DNA of 63,735 nt, counting the filler, from Licmophora abbreviata (taxonomy: Eukaryota), in assembly GCA_900291995.1 (NCBI GenBank). It is 13 parts of 13 records of this genome, joined end to end, with 100 filler letters (N's around TTAATTAATTAA, not from the genome) between each part and the next. Parts side by side here need not be neighbours in the genome. Positions count along the whole stretch, not along the records: positions 23,185 to 41,055 come from OLMU01002440.1; 12 more parts are not named here. One strand, written 5' to 3'. The position numbers and the translations under genes were made by a program. Every line of letters starts with the position of its first letter. Positions within the stretch are counted from its first letter, which is position 1. A model generated the notes under the pieces. The model was not told the origin of the DNA. It saw only the letters and a list, made by a program, of their open reading frames with translations, and searched no databases. Positions 23,085-33,412 of this stretch are shown piece after piece.

Positions 23085-23702
23085 NNNNNNNNNNNNNNNN
23101 NNNNNNNNNNNNNNNNNNNNNNNNNNNNTTAATTAATTAANNNNNNNNNNNNNNNNNNNNNNNNNNNNNNNNNNNNNNNNNNNNGACGAGCATAGGCATG
23201 TTTAGGTACCGGTAGCCGTTTTCGGGTCGTCATGATGAGAAGGCCGGGAGTGCCGTGCTAAGTGCTAAATTCTGTGACTGAGCGAAAATCAATTCTCACT
23301 CTGACGCTGTTATGGTGACTTGCGTTGCTCGTTTGTCCCGTTCTGTAATCAGTCGAGCTTGGAATCGTTTCTGGATTGACTGAGCTGTCGAGTACCAGGT
23401 ACTCTTTTTTATGTCATGCCTGCTTCTCGTTCTTCGCTCTGACGGAAGTTTGTCCGCTCGCCATCAACGCAATCGTCGACGCGAATGCTTTGGTGCGTTT
23501 GGATTGGTGGACGGTTGGGTTGGCTGTTGTATACTCGTATGTGTCTGCTGTGCGTGCCCGGAAGCGTGGTCATCCTGACGTCACAAACATTTCGCCGCGC
23601 GCTATGCGCGATCCAAAACTTCAACTTGGAATCTTTCGCGGCCACAAACATCACAGCGAATCGAATCACACGATCTTTCTTTTCCCGCAACGAACGACTA
23701 CC

Positions 23703-24535
23703 ATGGTGATGAGCACGATAAAGTTCCTCTCGCTCCTGTTCCTAGCGAGGGTACATGCATTTGTACCACATTCGACAAGAACGCAAAGATCATTTGTTTC
23801 GACGGCTCCGAAAATGTCGGAATCATCGACCGCAGAACCATCCGATTTCGCCTCGGCGATGCCCTCAACGGTGTCTCCCTACGAGCGACTGGGCGTGCCG
23901 AAAGAAAAGCTGGCATTAGGGATTGATCCGGAGGAGGTTCTACAGTGGCTGGGAACGTGAGTAGCAAGTAGCCTCTTTTCGTTTACTGGTTTTCGACTGT
24001 TATCGACTCGCTTTTGCTTACTATTCCATCACCCATCACATACTACTTTTCTGCAGCCGACAAGACATTCTTGCAATAATCCAAAATGACAATCCTTCGT
24101 TCTCTAGTGAGCGTGCAGAAGAGGAGACTGATCGTCTCTTGATGGATATGGAAATCGTCAGTGAGTTGGCCGTTTTTTTAGTGATATTTCCCCGTGGCGC
24201 TCGCAATATCATGTCGTTTCTCATTTTGACACTCCGTCACTGATACTTGTTCACTCACAGATGGCTGGATTAAGTATCTAGAAACCAAAGAGAACAACCC
24301 GGAATTGATTGAGCAGGCGCTGAATAACCAAGAAAAAAGTTTGTTGGATCAAGTGTCGGACTTTGCGCCCTTGGTCTTGGGGTACTTGGTATTTGCTAAT
24401 GTCAACAAGAATTTCATTCACCCCAAGTTTGAGAGCGGGGAGTGGGAACCAATTCATTTGGGTGGATTCTTTGGAGGAGGAGGAGCGGAGACAGTATCGA
24501 GTGCAGTGGATGCGGCCACCAGTGGCATGGTCTAG
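23703..24535 (+). CDS. Plastid-targeted hypothetical protein with one TM helix; exons 23703-23956, 24057-24160, 24261-24535
   Basis: Signal peptide plus VHAFVP cleavage motif; three exons splice in frame at GT-AG sites. Confidence 0.75.
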
Positions 24536-25336
24536 TACTATACCGTCTGCTATTATGGAGCGGCGATTGCGTACGAGCGAAGCATCGGCGCGTATTGACT
24601 TCGGGAGCAAATTACTGTGTGCAGTGGTGGTGGATCTCATGCTCCTGGTATAAGTATATCAACAATAGCAGTGACGATAACTACGACGTATGGCTACTCG
24701 ACCATGTCGCCTTTTCGGTCAACGACGTGAAAGACTATTGCTACTGAAGAGTAAAGGATGGCCTTTCTCCGGGTTCTTCTGAGATTTCTTCAAGTCGCAA
24801 TGCTACAAACGTAAATATATACTGGCCATTATCACCAACGGATGCCTAAATATTAAATGTATACGGACATTAATATAGTTCAATATTGCTCCTCGTGCTT
24901 GTCTCGCCTCAGAGAATCCTCCGAGCAAACGACAAGTTGCGAGTCGAGAACCCGCTGAAGAGTCGCGTTGTTGCTCTCCAGAATCCCAAGACTTTACCGC
25001 TACTGCAGTGCCTGGTTGAGATTTCGTGAGGAACACCCCTGATTGACTTTGAAGTTGCCTGACGCCTTCAAACTTACGAGATTCAGTCTCTCCAGGTTCC
25101 CTACAACCCATTTTTGATTTTTGTCAATCCCAGTTTGGTGGGCTCCACGTGGCCTATTACTGAGTTTACGTAGAAGTCTACAGAGATACCACCGAGTCAA
25201 CGTGGTCCAACGTTTCGGCCGTGCTCAACGCTTCGCCGCAAAGTCACGCCTCGGCAAAAGAGTCATACTGTGTCTTACATTCGTCCTTCCAACAGCCAAC
25301 CAACCCATGTGCAAGGAGAGCTTGGACACGCCTGCC

Positions 25337-28300
25337 ATGACTCGTAGTACAAACGGCAATCACGCTGAGCTCAGCAGCAAGAACGCGAATGGCCTCTCGC
25401 AAGAAGAGGCGCCTGCTCTCAAAGAGCTCTTGGCATCGGTCAACCAGCCTCAATCTCTGGAACTCAATCTCAAGAACCTCAAAGCGTTGGGGGGCGTCGA
25501 TGGACTGGTGAAATTGCTACACTCGAATGCTGACAAGGGAGTCGACCCGTCGTCGGTAGCCACGCGCCGAGAACTGTACGGATGCAATAGTCTTCCCAGT
25601 GCCCCGCGCAAGACTTTTTGGCAGCTCTTTGTCGACTCCTTTGACGATGCCACCCTGCAGATTCTGATCGCTGCTGCTGTTATCTCCCTTGCCATTGGTA
25701 TCTACGACGACCCAGCTACTGGATATGTAGAAGGACTCGCCATTTTGGCAGCGGTGCTCATTGTTAGTGTTGTGACTGCCGTCAATGACTACCAGAAAGA
25801 AATCCAGTTTCGCGAGTTGAGCGAAGCCAACGACGACGTTGACGTTTTGGTCTTGCGCAATGGACGTGCCAAGCAGATTCCTGTCGCTGACATTGTTGTA
25901 GGGGACGTTGTCTGTGTCGAAGCAGGAGATCAGATCCCCTGTGATGGCGTAGTGTTGGCGTACGATGGACTGGAACTGGATGAGAGTGCTCTCACGGGTG
26001 AACCGATCGACATTGATAAGGACAGCGAACACGATCCGTTCGTCATGTCCGGGTGTGTCTCTATCGCAGGCTCTGGACAGTTCTTGGCTATTGCCGTTGG
26101 AAAGGACTCGCAGTGGGGTGTCATCAAGAGTCATCTGGAAAAGGAGCAAGAAGAAACTCCTCTTCAAGAGAAGCTCGATGATATGGCGGCCATGATTGGA
26201 TACGTCGGCATGGCGGCGGCGGCTGCCACCTTCATCGCCATGATGTTCATCAAAATCGTCATGAAACCTGACTATCTCCAGGATGTCTCGGCCTTTCACC
26301 ATGCGCTGGATGCTTTCATCATTGGCGTGACGATTGTCGTCGTCGCCGTCCCAGAGGGTCTGCCATTGGCGGTCACCATTAGTTTAGCATTCTCGACCAA
26401 GAAGATGCTTGCGGACCAAAACCTCATTCGTCATTTGGCTGCCTGCGAAACCATGGGCAACGCGACCAACATATGCTCCGACAAGACGGGAACGCTCACG
26501 GAGAATCGCATGACGGTCGTACGCGGTGTCTTTGCTGGAAGAGTCGACAATGACACTGCGCAGCCAGGAGGCAAGCCCAAATTTCCGAAAAGGCCTTGAA
26601 TGTCTTGCTGGAGGGTATCGCATGTTGCTCCACGGCGAGGGTCGTTCCTGCGGAACCGGCCGAAGCTACGGAAATGCATCCTGTAGTCGATGACCGTCCC
26701 GTTTTGATTGGAAACAAGACCGAAGCGGCTCTTCTGGTATTGGCCAAGTCCAAGTGGGGTGGCGGCGACGATACAGATGCTCGCCGTGCTGCCGCTCGCT
26801 TCGGAAAGCCTGGTGGATCTCGACTCTTTCCCTTTAGCAGTTCCCGCAAGCGCATGTCGGTGCTGGTCAATAAGATTGACGCAGTCGAAAATGGTGACCA
26901 GCGTGTCACGCGATCTGCGGCCACGAAGGATACCGACTGGACGCTGTATCACAAGGGAGCTGCCGAGGCAGTATTGGAAAACTGTACCAGCTACTTGGAC
27001 GAAAATGGAGCGGAACAGTCCATGACGGCCACTAAGCGAAAGTATTACGAAAGTCTCATCAATGAGTATGCCACACATGCCCTCCGTTGTGTGGCACTCA
27101 GTCATCGCAACAACATTCAAGATGTCTTAGATCCGAGCAAGGCGACTGTCGAGAAATGTGCACAGAAGCTGGAAAAAAGCATGTGCTTAGACGCGCTGGT
27201 TGGTATCGCCGATCCGCTTCGTGACGATGTCGTGGAGGCAGTTGCGATCTGTCAGCAGGCCGGAATCTTGGTTAGAATGGTGACGGGCGACAATATCGAC
27301 ACGGCACGAGCTATTGCTAAGCAGGCTGGAATCTTGACCGACGGTAAGATGCAAAAACAACCGCAGCGCATGTTTATCCAGCAGAAACGTCCATCTCAAA
27401 CTCTATTGTTATGTCCCTGTGTCCGTCAGATGGAATCGCCATGCTCGGAGAGGATTTCCGCAAAATGACACCAGCCCAGTTGGACGAGGCGCTTCCCCGC
27501 CTTCAAGTCCTAGCACGATCGAGTCCTGAAGACAAGCACATGCTCGTACAGCGCCTCAATGGTGGCCTCATGCCTGAGAACGAGCAGCAATGGCTAGAAG
27601 TCCACCCTGGGAAGGACTACGCGACGCAGCGCGATCTGCTTCTCCCTGGATACAAGGAAGAGTGGAGCGCTAGTCGCGGTGGAGTGGGCGATGTTGTGGG
27701 TGTGACCGGCGATGGAACGAACGACGGGCCCGCCCTCAAGGCGGCTGATGTGGGTCTCTCGATGGGCCTCAGCGGAACTGATGTTGCCAAGAAGGCGTCT
27801 GACATCATTATCATGGACGACAATTTTTCCTCGATTGTAAAGTGAGTCGCGTTGAGTGATTTTAGTTTGTTCTCGTTTGCCCGACCCCGTACTAAGAACA
27901 AGCCCCTTCTTTTTCGCCTAGAGCCGTGCTTTGGGGACGATCCGTATTCGACAATATCCGAAAGTTCCTACAGTTCCAGCTCACTGTCAACGTTGTGGCT
28001 CTTACCATCACATTCCTGTCGGCTCTGGCCGGGTATAAGCCCCCGCTAAACGCGGTCATGATGTTGTGGGTAAACTTGATCATGGATACGATGGGAGCGC
28101 TCGCTCTCGGCACGGAACCTCCTCGACTGGAACTTCTCGACCGCCGCCCCTACCGGCGTGATGCAAGCCTCATCAGCAGACCCATGTGGCGCAACATTCT
28201 TGTGCAAGCTACTTACCAACTTGCCCTCTTAGTTTTTCTTCTGAACAAGGGGCCTGTATGGTTCGACTGCGAGGATGGGTCGACGCACCACTTCACCATT

Positions 28301-28720
28301 CTCTTCAATGCCTTCGTGTTCTGTCAGATTTTCAATGAGTTCAACGCACGCGAGATCGGAGACCGTTTCGATCCTGTGCGGTCACTGTCGCAAAGCCCAA
28401 TGTTTTTGTTTGTCATCGTTTTTACCCTTATCGCTCAATGGTGCATTGTCGAATATGGCGGCGACTTCACGCAGACATGCCCTCTGACCTTTGAGGAATG
28501 GCGTATCACGGCCCTCCTCGGTGCCGTTTCTATCCCTCTTGGCTACATCATGCGTCAAATTCCTGTATCGGAGGACCCCGATTCCTTCGCCGGGATCGGT
28601 CGCAAGTCTACGGCGAAAACGAGCAGCAGCTTCCTGGGTCTTCTCTTCGTCATTCTCTTTCCCGTCCTGGCGGCGATCATCTATCAGCTCTACTACGAAG
28701 TGGAAGAGCTAAAGCACTGA
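25337..28720 (+). CDS. P2B-type (PMCA/ACA) Ca2+-ATPase; 1-nt indel near 26580; introns ~27343-27429 and ~27843-27922
   Basis: Motifs [56 protein letters not shown] and LWVNLIMDT. Confidence 0.95.
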
Positions 28721-28939
28721 GGCCGCACTCGCGAGTAGTGATGAATAGTTTACGGTAGGACATTACTAGATCAGATGACTTCTACTGGCGAGATTGCTTC
28801 ATGCATACAAGTGTTGCGTTCCATTAGTTTCTTTTTTATCTCAACGGACAATAATAGTGTAAAGAGTCCCATGCCGGTACCGTAGAACGTACTCGGAGTA
28901 GAAGGTACCGATAGGTGGGCATATACCCCAATGCAATTT

Positions 28940-29356
28940 TCAATTTCGCATTGACGCCACTCGCTTCTTGGAAGATCCGCGTCGAAACCAGCCTTTCTTT
29001 TTCTTCCGCGTTGGTTCTTCCTCTTGATCACGAGCGTCGAAGGTCATGAAATCAAAAGGCGCACTGCTTTCCTCTTCCGAAGAGTATGCGCTTTCCTTTG
29101 TCGCTGCCTTCTTCTCATTCTCCTGGCGTTCCTCTTGAGGCATCATAAAGAGGCTATCTAGAGCATCTCCAAGCTGATCCGACAAATCCTCGCCAAGAAC
29201 AGTGTCCAACATTGACTCGGCCCCATCGTCAAATGAGCCTTGATATGTTTTCTTTTTGGTGTTTCGTCTCCACTTCTTCTTTGGTGCCTCTTCCTCGTCC
29301 TTCAGAACGGTTGTCCACATCGCATCTAGCCCCTCAGATTCCTTCTTGCCTTTCAT
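28940..29356 (-). CDS. Small charged hypothetical protein
   Basis: ORF from MKGKKESEGLDAMW to KKRVASMRN with K/E-rich composition and no recognised domain. Confidence 0.5.
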   Translation of the reverse strand: MKGKKESEGLDAMWTTVLKDEEEAPKKKWRRNTKKKTYQGSFDDGAESMLDTVLGEDLSDQLGDALDSLFMMPQEERQENEKKAATKESAYSSEEESSAPFDFMTFDARDQEEEPTRKKKKGWFRRGSSKKRVASMRN

Positions 29357-29836
29357 ACTTACGAACGCGATAGTGCAATCCCAAAGTGTTGCCGTTGTGC
29401 CATGGCCCACATTGTGATCGTGTCGTGCTTGGAAATGAACCAGGCGGGACAGAAGTTCAACGCATGATATTTGAAAATTTGAACTGTGTTCGAAGCAATT
29501 CATTCATCTTGGGATGTTCAAAGTGAGTTGTTCGCATTGAACATACAGGTACGAGTACAGTGCAACCGTCCCAACGCATGAAGAACGGAGGTGCGCTCAG
29601 AGCTGTTCAAAATGTGAGCATCGCAGGCCGGCGGGCTCGGTCTATATAAGATCTTCGTACAATAGATATCATGACGTCATGACGATCTTTGAAGTTCAAC
29701 TCCATCGGCGGCAATCTTGAAATCGGCAAAACTTTTACCATTCTCTACCATAATATGCAATGACAGCGACGGTCGTAGCCGGTTCAACTGCTGGAGCTGC
29801 CCCGTCGATAACACCGCTGCCTTATACGTATTGAGG

Positions 29837-30439
29837 ATGGCAACAGAACGAAAGATCGGAGTAAGGGAGCAGTTTCAACCGACGAGTGGTGGCACTCGGC
29901 GTACACGTCGCACCGTGTTGATCTCCATCTTAGCCCTGCTCGGAAGTCTTTGTCCTGCGTCTGCCTTTTCTCTTTCGACGAAATCTCGAAGGGAAGTTCA
30001 CTACAGTGCTTCTCCCATGCTGACGTACACACACGATGTGTCCAGGATGAATTCTTTTACATCGACGAGGCTTGATATGGCCAAGGTTTCCGAGAAGGAA
30101 GCCATGACTGGCATCGACAAGGTTGTTAACGCACTTCGAAGAGACAAGACTGCCAAGGAAGAGCTCGGGAATCTGGTGAAAGTCAACAACATTTTGGGCT
30201 ACGGGAGCCCCTCGCAAGGGAGCTTGGCTGTCAGATTTAACGCTTCCTTTCAGAAAGGAGGTTTTGGTCTCTCTTCTGTGCCTTTGCCCTTTGGTTTGGG
30301 GCAGACGAACGAGAGCGAGGGGCGAGGTACCATGGTGGGGCAAGTCAAAGCCTCGATCGACATTCAGTCTGGAAAAGTGACATCCTGTTCTGTCTTTCGT
30401 GACCTAGGGTACGGCAGGGCTTTCAATCTCAAAGTATAG
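29837..30439 (+). CDS. Probable plastid-targeted hypothetical protein
   Basis: Hydrophobic stretch plus PASAFS motif and a globular C-terminus (AVRFNASF...SVFRDLGYGRAFNLKV). Start codon uncertain. Confidence 0.7.
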   Translation: MATERKIGVREQFQPTSGGTRRTRRTVLISILALLGSLCPASAFSLSTKSRREVHYSASPMLTYTHDVSRMNSFTSTRLDMAKVSEKEAMTGIDKVVNALRRDKTAKEELGNLVKVNNILGYGSPSQGSLAVRFNASFQKGGFGLSSVPLPFGLGQTNESEGRGTMVGQVKASIDIQSGKVTSCSVFRDLGYGRAFNLKV

Positions 30440-30558
30440 GTTGCTGTCGTTTCGTATGATAGGACTACTCTGCTTAACCTTCGAGCACGATTGCATCCCA
30501 GAAGATGGTACGAAGCGAGACGATATCGCGAAAGGCGACCGATGACACCTCACCATGA

Positions 30559-32133
30559 TCAATTGAGAACAATCTTCTTTCGGTATCCACCATTGCATAC
30601 CTCCCATCGGGTTTTCATCGATGGTGCAGCTTCCTTGTCCCGGATTGCTGCCGCTTTCCTTTCGAGCTCTTCGCGCCGCCTCTGCACCCGGCTCTTGCGA
30701 GGCACCCTCCCACCAAATTTGGCGATCGCTCCATTGACGGGGGTTGTGTCTACCTGATCAGTCGGTGCCCCCTGCTGGCTCGTCGGAATTCCAGTCTTGT
30801 CGACGACGCTGTTGCCGCCAAAGACCTCTTGCAACCACTTCTGACGATCAAGGACCTTTTTGCCAGGTGGCCGAAGATGCGAGAAGCGACGCTGCGTACG
30901 CGATGGATCTTTAGTGGGGGAGGAAACCTTGAATAGGATAGTATCTTCTGGGTGGCTGGGGCTTACGGATTCGCTGGCCGCACGCACTAGCTGCGTCGAG
31001 AAATCTTCTGCCTGCGTCGACGTCTCCGTTGTTGGTGTTTTTGTCAGCCTTTCGTTTTCCTCTTCTTCTTCGGGCTCTTCCTGAATGTCGCGAAGAAAGA
31101 ATGCCTTGGCGACTTGACTATCTGCCACTCCGTTCGGAAGCGACGACACGGTGAGACTGTCGTCTTCGTCTTCGTCGTAGCTACTGGACGAGACGGTTTC
31201 TTCTTCGCTCTGGTTGCTAGTCAGGATGCTCTGCTGTCTCATTGTTTCTGGTGTAACGACAAGACCGGAGTCACGGCAAAAGAGGTCAAGCGTATTCTTT
31301 GGAAGCACCTGTTTGTGGTGCCGACGGCTAGGCAAGCTGCGAGTGTCGGCAGAGAGTCGACTCGCAGAGGCTGCCGGCTTGGGATTCGAGATGTCGAAAT
31401 CGTCAAAGCACAGCCGATTGACCTTTCTAGGACTTGGACGTGGAGGGACTGACCTTTTCAATTCTTGGTCAGTAAATGATACGGCTGCCGGCTTCCCGAT
31501 TGGACAAAAATTTATCAAACTGTCTCTCGGAGCTGCCATCGGAAATGCACCCGTCTCCTTTGGACGCCGTCGACCAGACTTGCAAAGGAGGAGAGGGAGC
31601 TTCTTGTACAGCTGCTTCGATGGTGCCTTTGCTGCTGACGGAGTCGAAGAACTAGTGATGGACAGAGCGGGCGAGGCGTAGATGGAAGCGGCAGCCGCGT
31701 TCGCCAGCGTTAATACCGTGCCACTGGAGGTCAACGTAGCACCGTTGCTGCCGCGCGGCTCTTCGCGGTCGTCGCGGGTGTCCCTTTTCTGTTGCTGGAC
31801 ACGCATCACAATCAGCTGTCTAGGCATATTGATCGCCTTGTTATGCTGGAAAGAACTCTCTTCTTCGTCACTGCTGTTGGAGGAGGCAGCATGGGAAATG
31901 CTTACGATGGGTGCCTTGAAGGAATCGTTCCAATCGCCGTCCACGATATCGACTTTGGGCCATCCATCCGAATCCATTTCTTCTGGAAATGCTTCATTTT
32001 CAGTATGCCAGCGCTCGTTGAAAGAAGGAGGCCCGTCACGCGCCGAGTCGTCTCCACCAGCGTGATCCTCGGGCATGACGATATTGTCCTCGAGCCATTC
32101 CGGAAAGTGTTCCTCGAACGTTTTGCCCATGAT
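30559..32133 (-). CDS. Disordered Ser/acidic protein with a DRQKWLQEVF motif and short C-terminal domain (TRWEVCNGGYRKK)
   Basis: Long uninterrupted ORF of more than 500 aa. Confidence 0.65.
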   Translation of the reverse strand: MMGKTFEEHFPEWLEDNIVMPEDHAGGDDSARDGPPSFNERWHTENEAFPEEMDSDGWPKVDIVDGDWNDSFKAPIVSISHAASSNSSDEEESSFQHNKAINMPRQLIVMRVQQQKRDTRDDREEPRGSNGATLTSSGTVLTLANAAAASIYASPALSITSSSTPSAAKAPSKQLYKKLPLLLCKSGRRRPKETGAFPMAAPRDSLINFCPIGKPAAVSFTDQELKRSVPPRPSPRKVNRLCFDDFDISNPKPAASASRLSADTRSLPSRRHHKQVLPKNTLDLFCRDSGLVVTPETMRQQSILTSNQSEEETVSSSSYDEDEDDSLTVSSLPNGVADSQVAKAFFLRDIQEEPEEEEENERLTKTPTTETSTQAEDFSTQLVRAASESVSPSHPEDTILFKVSSPTKDPSRTQRRFSHLRPPGKKVLDRQKWLQEVFGGNSVVDKTGIPTSQQGAPTDQVDTTPVNGAIAKFGGRVPRKSRVQRRREELERKAAAIRDKEAAPSMKTRWEVCNGGYRKKIVLN

Positions 32134-32406
32134 GGGGGACGCGATAAGACACAAAATGTGGCTGGGGCGTGAAGATCGACACAATTGTGAAACTAGGTTC
32201 ATATTATGCATGAGCGTGGAGACATCGTACTGAATGATAAGACTTGCGTCGTAGACTACGGTAGCGTGGGAACTCCTTGTCAGCGGCGCCTCGTTTTGTG
32301 AGCTTAGTTTGGCTTCGAGCTCTTGAATCGAGCTCGAACCAATTCAGCGCGCGTTTGTGTGGCGGTGAGACGAGCGCCTCACATCCTTCGATCCTCACAG
32401 CCAACC

Positions 32407-33328
32407 ATGACGGCCGATACCGGAGCGACGCACCCGCTTGAACATGGTAGGTTTCGATTAAACAGCTCGTCCTCGCATAGTCCTGGAAGTCACATGGCCT
32501 ATGACCTCGAGGAAGATCGCCTGATGGGGCTCTCAGAGTGCCGAATGGCGCTGCTGCTTCGACGCGTGTCTCGCATGTACCGAGACCTGCGTGACGTCCG
32601 TCCCTCTGTCGTCTCTCACTGTGTTGTTGCTTGTGTGTCTCGCCTCTCGATCTCGATTCTTGCTGGACTGAAACAGAGTGGGTTCTGTGGGAACATGCAG
32701 CGGGAAGCAAAGACCCCAATAAGTGGAAAGAACGAATGAGTGAGCTTTGCTCCTTCAAGACGGTCGAGGAGTTCTGGCAGTATTTCAATCACTTGCCTCG
32801 GCCGTCGGAGGTCTTTTTCGATGGCGAGAATCGCAAGAAGATCGGGCCAGAGCAAAAGACGGTGGAAGAATATAGTCTCTTCAAGCAAGGAGTTCTACCC
32901 CAGTGGGAAGATCCTGAGAATGCGACGGGGGGAGAGTGGTTCTGCCGTCAGTTCTTTGATAGCGACGTCCTCGACCTCTACTGGCAGAATCTCGTCATGG
33001 GTGTCGTGGGAGAAACTATTGAAGATGGTGCCGATGCACAGAACCCAATAGCAAACCACGTAAACGGCGCTCGAGTAGTGGATAAAAGCAAGAACTATCC
33101 TATGTTCCGCCTGGAACTCTGGCTCAATACAAGGGACTCCGGAGTCAAGGAGTGCATTCGACAGAGACTGGTAGACGTGATGACTGACGGTCAGCCGTCG
33201 TCACGCAAGGCATTGCCAAAGCTGGACTGGAAGGTAAATGATCATCTTAATCTTTTATTCGCGCCATACATAGAGAAAAATCGTCTCTCACTTTTTCAAC
33301 GTCCCACTCACAGGATCATAGCGCATAA
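32407..33328 (+). CDS. eIF4E: Translation initiation factor eIF4E; exons 32407-32446, 32677-33233, 33314-33328
   Basis: HPLEH|EWVLW, FKTVEEFWQYFNHL, YSLFKQGVLPQWEDPENATGGEW and spliced end WK|DHSA. Confidence 0.95.
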
Positions 33329-33412
33329 CCCCTAGCTAGTCAGAGTCGAGTCGAACTACTACAGTGGCTGTAGACCAAACGTTTAGCATCCTATACGCTA
33401 CCAGTAGCTAGC

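Noticed and set aside
2460..25085. Single YGAATCTH sites upstream of RSH (2460) and the Ca-ATPase (25078)
   Set aside because: About 11 isolated hits are expected by chance in a window this size; only the five-site cluster is significant.
25517..26302. Long antisense ORFs (here, and at 3869-4480, 14210-14896, 37090-37710)
   Set aside because: They are shadows of GC-rich coding strands with no domain signal.
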